A DNA stretch of 64,000 bases from positions 104,538-168,537 of the forward strand of contig JBDRNJ010000004.1 in NCBI GenBank assembly GCA_043811375.1, written 5' to 3'. The position numbers and the translations under genes are program-made. This DNA comes from a bacterium. Its GTDB lineage: Bacteria; Zixibacteria; MSB-5A5; GN15; FEB-12. The notes beneath the pieces are model-generated. The model made no database searches. It worked only from the letters and a program-made list of their open reading frames with translations, and had not been told where the DNA came from. Positions 1 through 9,797 of the stretch are shown one piece after another (position 1 is the first letter of the stretch; each line of letters opens with the position of its first letter).

Positions 1-232
1 AGTCACCTCTATTTCCACTCGCGGTCAGGAATTCTGAGGTTATCCCATAAGGTAGTTCCGGCAGGTCTTGCCGACGACGAAGTCGGAGGTGTGACCTGGC
101 GGTAACTCTGGAAGTGCTGAATAGACAATAAAATCGCTAAACTGTCAGTTCACACGTTTGGCAAACCAAACGCAAGAACTGACAGAACAATGAACTTTTG
201 GGACAACCTCTTCTTTCCTGACCATACCAAAT

Positions 233-348
233 GTAGCCGTCACGAAAGGATTCGTGACGGCGCAAGAAAAACCACACCTGCCACCCTTCGACTCCGCTCA
301 GGGTGACGATTACGCTGTTCGGTTGGGTCCTGGCTCGCCTCCGGGCGA
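233..348. repeat. REP-like palindrome mosaic, copy 1
   Basis: GTAG-headed hairpin GCCGTCACGAA-AGGA-TTCGTGACGGC; 283-309 identical to 4823-4849; 315-348 matches 4940-4973 at 33/34. Confidence 0.75.
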
Positions 349-392
349 TGAGCCACCCTTCGCTGTTCCGGCTTGTGCCGTAAGCTCTCATC

Positions 393-1334
393 ATGTTACT
401 TGCTCTCAAGATGACTCGCAATACTCCCAATATCCCTGACGGTTTCCGCCGCCGCTACCAGCCACTGGTTGACGACCCGGAAGCTTTTCTGGCGGCTATG
501 CAACGGCCATTGACGAACTCGTTTCGTATCAACAGGCTCAAGGCTACCAGCGCTGAGGTGTTGCCGCGTTTTGAAGAATATGGGATTATGACTCAGGCGG
601 TTAGCTGGTATGATGAAGCCTTCACGACCACTTCCGAGGTCGTCAGCGTCACACTGGAAAGATTCCTGGGGAAAGTCTGTCTGCAGGAGTTGGCCTCGAT
701 GCTGCCACCGCTGGTGATAGCCGACAAGTTAGGGACAGCCAAACGAGTGCTCGACGGTTGCGCTGCGCCCGGTTCCAAGACGACCCAGATGGCGGCACTG
801 ATGAACAACCGGGGTTTATTGGTGGCCAACGACAGCAACTACGACCGGATCAGGGCGCTGAAGTTCAATCTCAACCGGGCGGGAGTTCTCAACTCCGTCA
901 TCACGGAAGAAGACCTGCGAACTTTTCCCCAGAGCGAATTCGATGTCGTCCTGCTGGACGCTCCCTGCTCCTCGGAGGGAATGATGCGCAAGAATCCGCT
1001 GCTGTGGAAGCGCTGGTCCGAGCACCGCATCCGCACCTGGTCCGGGCTGCAAAAACAACTCATACTGAAAGCTTTCGACTTGCTGGCGTCCGGGGGAACC
1101 CTGTTGTATTCCACCTGCACGATAGCGCCGGAAGAAAATGAGACGGTCATTGACTGGCTGCTGCAAAACCGACCGGCAAAGACCGAGCCGATTGAGATGA
1201 ACGGGTTCACCTTCTCACCGGCGCTGCCGGAGTGGCTGGGCACGACATTTGACAACAGGTGTGCCGCTGCGGTCAGGGTGTGGCCGCATCACAACGACAC
1301 CGGGGCGTTCTTTCTTGCCAGGGTGAGCAAGTGA
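393..1334 (+). CDS. RsmB/RsmF/NOP2-family RNA m5C methyltransferase (start may be 411)
   Basis: VLDGCAAPGSKTTQ, LDAPCSSEG and YSTCT motifs with both catalytic Cys. Confidence 0.92.
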   Translation: MLLALKMTRNTPNIPDGFRRRYQPLVDDPEAFLAAMQRPLTNSFRINRLKATSAEVLPRFEEYGIMTQAVSWYDEAFTTTSEVVSVTLERFLGKVCLQELASMLPPLVIADKLGTAKRVLDGCAAPGSKTTQMAALMNNRGLLVANDSNYDRIRALKFNLNRAGVLNSVITEEDLRTFPQSEFDVVLLDAPCSSEGMMRKNPLLWKRWSEHRIRTWSGLQKQLILKAFDLLASGGTLLYSTCTIAPEENETVIDWLLQNRPAKTEPIEMNGFTFSPALPEWLGTTFDNRCAAAVRVWPHHNDTGAFFLARVSK

Positions 1335-1789
1335 TCACTGTTTGTAATACTCAAATTCAGGACCAGGTGCTGACTTATCTGATGAAGCGTTTCGGGATTG
1401 AGCCGTCCGTCTTTGACGGCTTTGCTTTCTATGAGGGAACCAATGGCCGGGTATACCTGGGACCACCGACAGCGTCTGATCTGTCGTTGGCTAAATCGAT
1501 CGGAATACTCATCGCCCGGGTTCAGAAAGGTATCAAACCGACCAGTCATCTGTTCCAGGTGTTCGGTCGGTCGGTGAGTCGCAACACTGTCAGCCTTATA
1601 CGCCAGCAGGCGGTGGCCTATATGAAAGGCAACCAGGTCATGTTGTTAAGCGAGCAGTTTGACCAGGCACAACCCGGCTGGGTGATGCTCAGCTTCCGTG
1701 GCGAACCACTGGGATGCGGTCTGCTGAAAGACAAGGCAGTACAGAGCGTTCTGCCCAAGGGGGATCGTCTGTCCGTGAAACATCTCTGA
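1331..1789 (+). CDS. RsmF C-terminal/NIP7-like PUA-type accessory protein
   Basis: GTG overlaps upstream stop (GTGA); C-terminal GWVMLSFRGEPLGCG...LPK resembles RsmF C-terminal domain. Confidence 0.65.
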   Translation: MITVCNTQIQDQVLTYLMKRFGIEPSVFDGFAFYEGTNGRVYLGPPTASDLSLAKSIGILIARVQKGIKPTSHLFQVFGRSVSRNTVSLIRQQAVAYMKGNQVMLLSEQFDQAQPGWVMLSFRGEPLGCGLLKDKAVQSVLPKGDRLSVKHL

Positions 1790-1794
1790 GGCTG

Positions 1795-2400
1795 TCACTT
1801 CGATTCTCGTCGGTACCAGAGGTAGAAGATCGGCCGCCCTTCCGAGCGCCATTTCATCTCGAAGAAAGTCGGTTCGTAATCGGCCAGGTCACAACCGTCC
1901 ACGAACGGCCGACCCAGGTTCTGCAGAATCGGCATACCGGCGGCGTTTTCCACCACCCACTCAGCATAGGCAGTAACATCGGTGGCCATAAACAGATCAC
2001 CGCCCGGTCGGAGAAATTGCGCCAGCAGGGTTAGAAATTGAGCGTTCAGCAGTCGTTTCGGGGCGTGGCGTATCTTGGGCCAGGGATCGGGAAAAAGGAC
2101 GTATATCTTTTCAAACGCTGATTTCTTGAAATACTTCGGCAACACAATGCGGGCGTCGCCCTGGATCAGGAGAATATTATCCAGTTGTTTTTTCTCGATT
2201 CGGGAGGGCAGTTTGTAGTAGCGTTTCTTGCCCAGTTCTATGGCTACAAATCGCTTCTCAGGGAACAATGTCGCCAGCGACAACAACAAATCGCCCCGTC
2301 CGGGACCAACTTCGAGAATATCGCCAACACAGGTGTCCGGTTCCTCCGGGTAGAAAAGAACCTTCTTGGCAGCTTCGAACTTGATGGGGAAAGTCTTCAT
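1795..2400 (-). CDS. trmB: tRNA (guanine-N7) methyltransferase
   Basis: LEVGPGRG, FPDPWPK.RH, ATD, TFFE motifs. Confidence 0.93.
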   Translation of the reverse strand: MKTFPIKFEAAKKVLFYPEEPDTCVGDILEVGPGRGDLLLSLATLFPEKRFVAIELGKKRYYKLPSRIEKKQLDNILLIQGDARIVLPKYFKKSAFEKIYVLFPDPWPKIRHAPKRLLNAQFLTLLAQFLRPGGDLFMATDVTAYAEWVVENAAGMPILQNLGRPFVDGCDLADYEPTFFEMKWRSEGRPIFYLWYRRESK

Positions 2401-3299
2401 GTCCGTTTCAGTTCGTGTCGCAGGATTATCTCCAGATGCGGCCGGCGGAATCGGAAACCGGATTCGACCAGACGGGTTGGCTTCACCCGGGTGCTTGTCA
2501 ACAGCATTTCACGGGCCATCTCACCGAAGAGAAACCGCAAAACCCCGGCCGGAACAGTCATCATTGTAGGTCGGCAGAGTACCTTCCCCAGGGCCTGAGT
2601 GAACTCCCGGTTTGTCACCGCATTCGGCGATACCAGGTTGACGGCGCCCCTGAGTGACCCGGTATTCAGACAATGATATATAGCAGCTACTATATCTTCG
2701 AGAGATATCCAACTCATGTACTGCCGTCCGCTGCCCAACCGTCCCCCCAGACCGAATCGAAACGACGGCAGCATCTTTGCCAGAGCGCCACCGTCAGCGC
2801 TGAGTATGACTCCGAACCGAAGATGTACTACCCGAATCCCAGCCTCGGTAGCCGGCTTGGTGGCCGCCTCCCATTCGCGGCAGAGATCAGCCAGGAAACC
2901 GTTGCCGGGTCCGTCGTTTTCATCAACTTCATCGTCACCACGATCGCCGTAAAATCCGCAGGCCGAAGCCGACAGCAACACCGCCGGGGGTGGCTTTAAT
3001 CTCGCCAGTGCTTCGGACAACAGGCGGGTTCCGATGATGCGGCTGTCTCGGATGCGTGCTTTTTTCGATGTCGTCCATCTGCCGGAAGCGATGTTCTCTC
3101 CAGCCAGGTGCACCACGGCGTCTATGCCTTTCAGACCATCTCTGTTAATCATCCCCCCATCCGGATCCCATCGGACCTGTTTGCCGGTCGGTGAGTCTCC
3201 GCTGCGAACGAGCGGGATTACATCGTGGCCCTGCGAGGACAAATCTGCAACTATGGCTCGACCGATCAATCCGGTAGAACCGCTAACGACGATTTTCAT
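2397..3299 (-). CDS. TIGR01777-family NAD-dependent epimerase-like oxidoreductase
   Basis: SGSTGLIG, VHLAGENI, GSGRQYMSWI. Confidence 0.9.
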   Translation of the reverse strand: MKIVVSGSTGLIGRAIVADLSSQGHDVIPLVRSGDSPTGKQVRWDPDGGMINRDGLKGIDAVVHLAGENIASGRWTTSKKARIRDSRIIGTRLLSEALARLKPPPAVLLSASACGFYGDRGDDEVDENDGPGNGFLADLCREWEAATKPATEAGIRVVHLRFGVILSADGGALAKMLPSFRFGLGGRLGSGRQYMSWISLEDIVAAIYHCLNTGSLRGAVNLVSPNAVTNREFTQALGKVLCRPTMMTVPAGVLRFLFGEMAREMLLTSTRVKPTRLVESGFRFRRPHLEIILRHELKRT

Positions 3300-3338
3300 C
3301 GTATGCTCCGCATACCGCAGCCGACGAGAGGCGGAGGT

Positions 3339-4706
3339 TCAGACCACCAGCTTCTGCATCAACTCCCGGACCGACATCTTCTCGCAGGCAAAGATCACCT
3401 CTTTGGTCTCCTGTCGGCGATCATCCGAGAGCAAGCCCGATGCCAGGGCGTTGAACTTGGCCGTGAGGTCATCCATCGTCATCGGCTCGCGCGGGTCGCC
3501 TTTGGGGTACTCAAGATATTCGGAAAAACTCTGACCGTCTTTGGTTTTTACGACGACTTTCGACGGTTGCTTGGCCGGGAACATCTTCTCGAACTCCTGC
3601 GAGGCCTCGCCCTTGATCTTGTCGATCACTTCCCAGATGCGTTTGTCCTTGAGTTTTTCATCAGAGAATGACTGGGTGGTCACCTGATGATCGACCAGGG
3701 CGGCGGCCACACAATAAGGCAACGAGTGATCGGCCGTTTCGCGTGACTCCGGGCGGTACTTGTGCGAATCGAAAAGAATATCACAGGCGCGGGCGATAGT
3801 GGTGATCGTCACCTGCTCGATCCGGTCATACGTTATATCGTTGTCGCGAACGACCTTCAACGTGGTCGACAGGTGGGTGTGGGTCAAGGCTTCGGTGGGG
3901 AAGGCCTTCATGCTGCACTCGAGTATCTTGAACTTGCCGCCCAGGTTGCCGATCAGTTTGTCATTGTCCCACTCGGGACCGAACACGTCCATCAGACCTT
4001 CCTTGCCTTCAAACACCGCCTCGGTGCCGGTGTAACCCTTTTGCGCCATCAGGGCGGCCAGGACACCGCTTTGCACCGCCATCGGATCGACGGTGTTTTT
4101 CATCATCGTCAGCTTACCGGCGGTGGGGCAACCGATAGTGTGGTTGTGGGAGCCGCTGATGCCGATGGCATGAACCATCTGGTCAACCGTCAAACCCAGC
4201 AGCTTGCCGGCCACGATCGGTGAAACGAACTGCGTCAGGGTGGCGTGGTGCCACTTGCGTTCGCGCACGCCGGGCACGGCGAATTCGCACAGGCGCTGTT
4301 CAAACTCGTAGGCCAGTACGATAGCTACGATCACCTCTCTCATCGAAGCGTCAACCAGTTCACCTGTCGCCAGCGCCGCTGGAATCAGGTCGGACGGATG
4401 CGAGGGGTCTTCCTTCCAGTAGATGTCGTTGAAATCAAGAGCGCGTACCATCAGGGAATTGACGAGAGTGGCGTTGACGGCGGGCATCTTGTCACCGAAA
4501 GCTATCAGTGTCGCTTCACCCCGGCCGCCCATGCCGGCGTAGATGTCGCGCAGGATATTGACATCTTTGGTGTGGTAGCCGCCGTAAGCACAGCCGATGG
4601 AGTCGTACAGGTAGCGTTTGACTTCGTTGACGACATCGTCGGGCAGGTCGTCGTATTTGAGATTGACGGCAAATTCAGCTATCCGGCGTGAGATTGATTT
4701 CTGCAT
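3339..4706 (-). CDS. MmgE/PrpD family protein (2-methylcitrate dehydratase-like)
   Basis: RALDFND..HPSD, KAFP, ADHSLPY, KGDP motifs. Confidence 0.9.
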   Translation of the reverse strand: MQKSISRRIAEFAVNLKYDDLPDDVVNEVKRYLYDSIGCAYGGYHTKDVNILRDIYAGMGGRGEATLIAFGDKMPAVNATLVNSLMVRALDFNDIYWKEDPSHPSDLIPAALATGELVDASMREVIVAIVLAYEFEQRLCEFAVPGVRERKWHHATLTQFVSPIVAGKLLGLTVDQMVHAIGISGSHNHTIGCPTAGKLTMMKNTVDPMAVQSGVLAALMAQKGYTGTEAVFEGKEGLMDVFGPEWDNDKLIGNLGGKFKILECSMKAFPTEALTHTHLSTTLKVVRDNDITYDRIEQVTITTIARACDILFDSHKYRPESRETADHSLPYCVAAALVDHQVTTQSFSDEKLKDKRIWEVIDKIKGEASQEFEKMFPAKQPSKVVVKTKDGQSFSEYLEYPKGDPREPMTMDDLTAKFNALASGLLSDDRRQETKEVIFACEKMSVRELMQKLVV

Positions 4707-4745
4707 GTTAGTATTTTATCCTTTGTTAAACTAATGTTTCCTGTT

Positions 4746-4990
4746 TCAACCCCAAACAAGTTTGTGGTTGCCACCCAGCCGCGTAGAGGCGGGCCTTGTG
4801 TCCGCCGATGGCGTTGCCACTAACCCTTCGACTCCGCTCAGGGTGACGACATTCACTGTCTTCCACTATAGTGCGCGGCGTATGTCCACATGCGCCGCGA
4901 TCTACCGGCAGATGTGGACATCTGCCGGTCACAAATCCACTGTTCGGTTGGGTCTTGGCTCGCCTCCGGGCGAGGTGTGATCCGACCGAA
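4746..4990. repeat. REP-like palindrome mosaic, copy 2
   Basis: Shares two modules with 283-348; 4746-4776 is the exact reverse complement of 16978-17008; contains GTAGAGGCGGGCCTTGTGTCCGCC. Confidence 0.75.
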
Positions 4991-5102
4991 ACTAACTTAT
5001 GAGACAATCCCCCTCGCTTTGGGTTCAGACGATTCCCCGCATTTGAAACGAACCCACCTCAAAGGATGAAGCACCTGCAATGACGATGGGCATTGCCGCA
5101 TA

Positions 5103-6695
5103 CTACTCCTTCTCCTCCTTGAGTATCTCCGAGAGTATCTGTGAGACCGGTACGCTTCCCTCGCGCATCTCCTTCATCTGGGGGAAGAAAATAACGTCGC
5201 GGATCGAGTGCTGGTTGGTCAACAGCATGACCAGGCGGTCAACGCCGAAGCCGAGTCCGCCGGTGGGCGGCATACCGTAGGCCAGGGCGGTAACAAAATC
5301 GTCATCCAGCGGCTGGGCTTCTTCGTCTCCCGCTTTCAGTGCTTTGCCCTGTTGCAGGAAACGCTGGAGCTGATCCATCGGATCGTTTAACTCGCTGAAA
5401 GCGTTGCCCATCTCCAAGCCCGCTACAAAAAGTTCGAAACGCTCGGTAAGGCGGTCGTTGTCGCGGTGTTTCTTGGCCAGGGGCGAGATGTCGGCCGGGA
5501 AGTCAGCCACGAACGTAGGCTGGATCAATGTCGGTTCCACTTTGGATGCCCATACCGCCTCGACCACTTTACCCCAGTTAATCAGTTTGTCCGTATCCTC
5601 GACGCCGAGTTGCACTGCTGCTGTCCGGGCGTCATCGAAGGACATATCGGAAAAATCGATACCGGTTTCGTCCTTGACGGAACCGAGCATCGTCACCCAC
5701 CGGAAGCGCGGCTCGAAATCGATCTGGTGTTCCTCGTAAGTGATCTTATAGCTGTCGTGCAGGCTACAGACAACGTAGCGCAACAGTTCCTCAAACAGGG
5801 CGGCGATATCACGGTAGTCGGCATACGCCCAGTACAACTCGACCATGCTGAACTCCGGGTTGTGCAGGCGATCCAGGCCTTCGTTGCGGAAATCCTTGCA
5901 CAACTCCCAGACCCTGGCGAAACCACCCACGATAAGCCGCTTGAGGTACAGTTCATCGGCGATACGCAGATACATCGGCCTGTCCAGCTTGTCGTGATGA
6001 GTCTTAAATGGACGGGCATTGCCGCCACCATACAGAGGTTGCAGAATCGGTGTTTCCACTTCCAGAAAATCATGGTTGTTGAGAAACTCGCGGATCGACC
6101 GGATGATGTTCGTGCGCTGGATAAAGGTCTCCTTCACTTCCGGGTTGACGATCAAGTCAACGTAGCGCCGCCGGTAGCGGGTCTCTTTGTCGGTCAGGCC
6201 GGAGTGTTTATCCGGAAGCGGATGCAGCGCCTTGCACAGCATCTCGAAAATGGTCACGCTGAGAGTTCGCTCGCCCTTCTTTGTGACAAACAAAGTCCCC
6301 TCGCAGCCGATGATATCGCCCAGGTCAACCATGTTAAACAGTTCAAACTGCTCTTTACCGACGTTGTCCAGACGGACGTAAATTTGAATGCGTCCGGAGA
6401 AGTCGCGGATGTCGGCAAAGTACACTTTGCCCATTTTGCGCTTGAGAATGACACGTCCGGCCAGCCGCACCTCCGTCTCAGCAGTTACCAGTTGGTCAAA
6501 GTTATCCAGTACATTACGTACCAGGCAGGTCCGCTCGTAGCGGTAAGGGTAGGGGTTGACGCCGTTGCCGCTTAAATCCTTCGCCTTCTGGTGACGAATC
6601 CTGATCAGTTCCGCCAGCGGAATCTGGGTGCCGGTTTCGCCGGATTCGTTCGGGTGAGATTCTGTCTTGCCCTGGTTCTTCTTACTCATATTCAT
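5103..6695 (-). CDS. lysS: lysine--tRNA ligase (class II)
   Basis: YLRIADELYLKRL, FRNEG, HNPEF, YGMPPTGGLGFGVDRL. Confidence 0.97.
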   Translation of the reverse strand: MNMSKKNQGKTESHPNESGETGTQIPLAELIRIRHQKAKDLSGNGVNPYPYRYERTCLVRNVLDNFDQLVTAETEVRLAGRVILKRKMGKVYFADIRDFSGRIQIYVRLDNVGKEQFELFNMVDLGDIIGCEGTLFVTKKGERTLSVTIFEMLCKALHPLPDKHSGLTDKETRYRRRYVDLIVNPEVKETFIQRTNIIRSIREFLNNHDFLEVETPILQPLYGGGNARPFKTHHDKLDRPMYLRIADELYLKRLIVGGFARVWELCKDFRNEGLDRLHNPEFSMVELYWAYADYRDIAALFEELLRYVVCSLHDSYKITYEEHQIDFEPRFRWVTMLGSVKDETGIDFSDMSFDDARTAAVQLGVEDTDKLINWGKVVEAVWASKVEPTLIQPTFVADFPADISPLAKKHRDNDRLTERFELFVAGLEMGNAFSELNDPMDQLQRFLQQGKALKAGDEEAQPLDDDFVTALAYGMPPTGGLGFGVDRLVMLLTNQHSIRDVIFFPQMKEMREGSVPVSQILSEILKEEKE

Positions 6696-6746
6696 CCTGT
6701 TTTAGCAGTGACTACTTCAGTCGCTGCGGTGTCATCTTTTGTCAAG

Positions 6747-7274
6747 TCAGTCCGCGGCCTGATCGTCGGATTGCGACAACTTCTCTTTAAGAGCCACTCC
6801 TACCGCCGCCGGCACCAGTCCGGACACATCCCCTCCGTGCCGCGCCACATCCTTGACAATCGTCGAAGATAGATAAACCCACGACAGAGAAGGCATCAAA
6901 AAGACCGTTTCAACGCTTCGGGCCAGTTTGCGATTCATCAGAGCCATCTGGAATTCGAACTCGAAATCAGAGACGGCCCGCAAACCCCGAACGATGGCGT
7001 TGGCCTGCTGCTCAATCGCCAGGTCCGCCAGCAGTCCGTCAAAAGCAATAACACTAATCCCGTCGGCAAAAGCCCTGTCCTTAATCGACTCTTCGATCAG
7101 CCGGATGCGCTCATCGCAATCAAAGAAGGGATTCTTGTCGGTGTTGACGGCAACGGCCACAACCAGTTTTCCAAAGAGGTGGCAGGCCCTTTCTATCAAC
7201 GACAGATGTCCGTTAGTTATCGGATCGAAAGTACCCGGGTAGATGGCCCGAGTGATGTGGTGTTTTTTCGTCAC
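6747..7274 (-). CDS. coaD: pantetheine-phosphate adenylyltransferase
   Basis: YPGTFDPITNGH, RGLRAVSDFEFE. Confidence 0.97.
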   Translation of the reverse strand: MTKKHHITRAIYPGTFDPITNGHLSLIERACHLFGKLVVAVAVNTDKNPFFDCDERIRLIEESIKDRAFADGISVIAFDGLLADLAIEQQANAIVRGLRAVSDFEFEFQMALMNRKLARSVETVFLMPSLSWVYLSSTIVKDVARHGGDVSGLVPAAVGVALKEKLSQSDDQAAD

Positions 7275-7354
7275 AACCGGTCCTCACCATTTCTGATTAC
7301 ATACGGTCCGTGTGGCTGAAAAATACACTGCCGGTTAGCGTCTGGCAAGATCAA

Positions 7355-8212
7355 TTAGCTGACGGCAAGACCCATAGCAATCAGAAAATCGGCAGCCCCC
7401 CCTTCCGGTAAGGATGTCTCCTTCAGGAAGGCGGGATTGATCTGCGGTCGGCGGACTGCCTTTGAAAAATGATCCTCCAATATCGACACTACCGGCGAAT
7501 CCGTCGCCACACCGGTGATCAATAGAGATGACAGGAGCGGGCTTCGGTCGTTATCCTGAAGTGTTGCCAGCCGGAAATTGACGACCGTTTTGAACTCAGC
7601 CGCCATTTTCCGGAGCTCCCGGTCGCCGTCACAATGTGACGGGCCGGCCCGAATACCGGTCACATCTATGATATCCTCACCCCTGAGGAAACAGAGAGAG
7701 ACGGTCTCGCGGCCGAAATCAGCCAGACCGACCAGTTCTCCCGGTGTCACCCGGCAGAAGCAGCGGTAGGCTCGGGCCAGAGCAACCGCCCGCATCTCAA
7801 ATCTCAGAGAGTCCACATGGGAATCGGACAGAAACGGGAAAAGGTCGGCCAGTTGCTGTAGCTGCCGGCAACGAACGGCCAGGCCCAGATGTCGTCCGTT
7901 TCCGGCCGGTTGACCGACCAGAGAGAACTCATTGTCATCATCAAGCAGCGACCGCGAGAGTTCAAACCTGGTCAGCAGGTCGGAATCCCATCGGCTGGTC
8001 CGGTCCAGACGAAAACTCCTGACCAGCACCTGCTCATCAGGAACCGACAGGACGACAACTTCAATTCCATGACCGAGGTGTGCTTCTAACTCTGATTCTT
8101 TGCACTTATCAAGGGAAACCACTGAGTACCCGTTTCCATCGTGTTGGACCCGGGCCAGGTAACAGCCATCCCGCCTTAAGTCGACACCAACACTGAGGCG
8201 CGGGTCGGTCAT
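7355..8212 (-). CDS. hypothetical protein, PilM/actin-fold-like
   Basis: VGVDL, LADFG, LITG, F.IAMGLA pattern loosely resembles PilM; coupled to upstream gene. Confidence 0.45.
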   Translation of the reverse strand: MTDPRLSVGVDLRRDGCYLARVQHDGNGYSVVSLDKCKESELEAHLGHGIEVVVLSVPDEQVLVRSFRLDRTSRWDSDLLTRFELSRSLLDDDNEFSLVGQPAGNGRHLGLAVRCRQLQQLADLFPFLSDSHVDSLRFEMRAVALARAYRCFCRVTPGELVGLADFGRETVSLCFLRGEDIIDVTGIRAGPSHCDGDRELRKMAAEFKTVVNFRLATLQDNDRSPLLSSLLITGVATDSPVVSILEDHFSKAVRRPQINPAFLKETSLPEGGAADFLIAMGLAVS

Positions 8213-8580
8213 GGCTGCTTCACCCTCAGGTACGGCCTCAGCCGTTCGTATAGTTTGGGTCCGATACCCTTAACCTCGGTGATATCAATCTCTCGGCTGA
8301 AGCTCTGCTGCCGGCGGTAGGCCACGATGCGGTTGGCCAGGACCGGACCGATACCGGGCAGCAACTCCAGCGAGTCAGCCGGTGCGGTATTGGGGTCGAG
8401 GACAAAAACTCCCGTAAAAACCTGTTCGTCCTCGCCGACGAACACTTGCAATGGCGGTAGGCTGTCGGCAGTGTCGGCGCGCGAACGGATAAAGAGATAA
8501 CCCGCCATCACCACGGCTCCGGCCGTCAAAACAGCCAGGAATCTTAGTTGTCCGGAACTGAAGTCAAAGAAGCGATTCAT
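8209..8580 (-). CDS. ComEA-family helix-hairpin-helix DNA-binding protein
   Basis: N-terminal TM segment; LPGIGPVLA and VKGIGPK HhH motifs; start set at MNRFF. Confidence 0.85.
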   Translation of the reverse strand: MNRFFDFSSGQLRFLAVLTAGAVVMAGYLFIRSRADTADSLPPLQVFVGEDEQVFTGVFVLDPNTAPADSLELLPGIGPVLANRIVAYRRQQSFSREIDITEVKGIGPKLYERLRPYLRVKQP

Positions 8581-8657
8581 AGGTTTCCACCGTGTTCTTA
8601 CGATCAGGGTCAAGGTATCATCAGAACGACCAAAAATCAACCGACAGCCGAGCCTGA

Positions 8658-9797
8658 TCAGGAGGTTGTGTAGTTGGCCAGGAAATCGCGGCGAAACTGC
8701 GAAAGCCGCTGCTGCTGGATAGCCTGCCGGATATTGCGCATCATCTGCTGGTAAAAATATGTCGAGTGAAAGGTAGCCAGTACCATGCCGGTGATTTCCG
8801 ACTGGTTGTACAGGTGCCGCAGGTAGGCTCGGCTGTAGCGTCGGCACACCAGGCAGTCACAGTTGGGATCGAGCGGATGCTCATCGTCGGCGCAGTCGGC
8901 ATTGCGGTAAGTCAACTGCCCCTGTGATGTAAACACGTTGCCGGTGCGGGCGTTACGGGTCGGCAGCACACAGTCAAACATGTCGACTCCGTAACCGACA
9001 GCCATCAGGATATCCTCCGGATAACCGACCCCCATCAGGTAACGGGGTTTATCGGACGGCAAAAACTCGACCGTATGGGCCAGGGTATCCTCCATCTCCT
9101 GCTTGCTCTCACCCACGGACAGACCGCCGATAGCATAGCCGTCAAAATCCATTGCCACGATTTCCTCGGCCGACTGTGTCCGCAATTGTTGATAGACCGA
9201 TCCCTGGACAATCCCGAACAAGCGTATACCGGATGAGTCCTGCCGAGATCGAGCCGCATGAACCGACCGGCAGCGTCGCGCCCAGTCCGATGTTCTCCTG
9301 ACCGCCACTGCCGCCGCCGGTTCCTCCACCGGGTAGGGGACACACTGGTCGAGAGGCATGATTATGTCGGCGCCGAGGTCGTGTTCAATCTCGATCACCT
9401 TCTCCGGCGTAAAGAAGTGGCTCGACCCGTCCAGGTGTGATCGAAATTCCACACCTTCATCAGATACCTTCGATATATCCCGCATGGAGAATATCTGGTA
9501 ACCGCCGCTGTCGGTCAGAGTTGGTCGGTTCCAGCCGCTGAACCGGGCCAGTCCGCCAAGAGAACGGACGATGTTTTGTCCGGGTCGAAGGTAGAGATGA
9601 TAGGTGTTACCCAGAATTATCTCGGCGCTACACTGCTCCAGATGCTCTGCTGTCAGCCCTTTCACGGCACCCGATGTTCCCACCGGCATGAAAGCCGGGG
9701 TCTGAAAAGTCCCGTGCAAGGTCGACACTTCACCACGTCGGGCCGGACCGTCCGTTTGTATGAGATGGAAAAACCGGGTCGCGTCGCCGTCGTTCAT
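8658..9797 (-). CDS. tgt: tRNA-guanine transglycosylase
   Basis: TPAFMPVGT, LTDSGGYQ, DCVLPTRNAR, CDCLVC zinc site. Confidence 0.97.
   Translation of the reverse strand: MNDGDATRFFHLIQTDGPARRGEVSTLHGTFQTPAFMPVGTSGAVKGLTAEHLEQCSAEIILGNTYHLYLRPGQNIVRSLGGLARFSGWNRPTLTDSGGYQIFSMRDISKVSDEGVEFRSHLDGSSHFFTPEKVIEIEHDLGADIIMPLDQCVPYPVEEPAAAVAVRRTSDWARRCRSVHAARSRQDSSGIRLFGIVQGSVYQQLRTQSAEEIVAMDFDGYAIGGLSVGESKQEMEDTLAHTVEFLPSDKPRYLMGVGYPEDILMAVGYGVDMFDCVLPTRNARTGNVFTSQGQLTYRNADCADDEHPLDPNCDCLVCRRYSRAYLRHLYNQSEITGMVLATFHSTYFYQQMMRNIRQAIQQQRLSQFRRDFLANYTTS

Noticed and set aside
137..439. Short ORFs over intergenic repeats (also 4726-5007 and 16903-17151)
   Set aside because: Translations of REP modules, with recurring PFDSAQGD / HPERSRR-type peptides
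5466..6575. 369-aa plus-strand ORF (also 15295-16260 and 33933-34619)
   Set aside because: Antisense shadows of lysS, coaBC and SulP with no motifs
8581..8847. N-terminal extension of the ComEA ORF
   Set aside because: Overlaps the tgt 3' end in another frame
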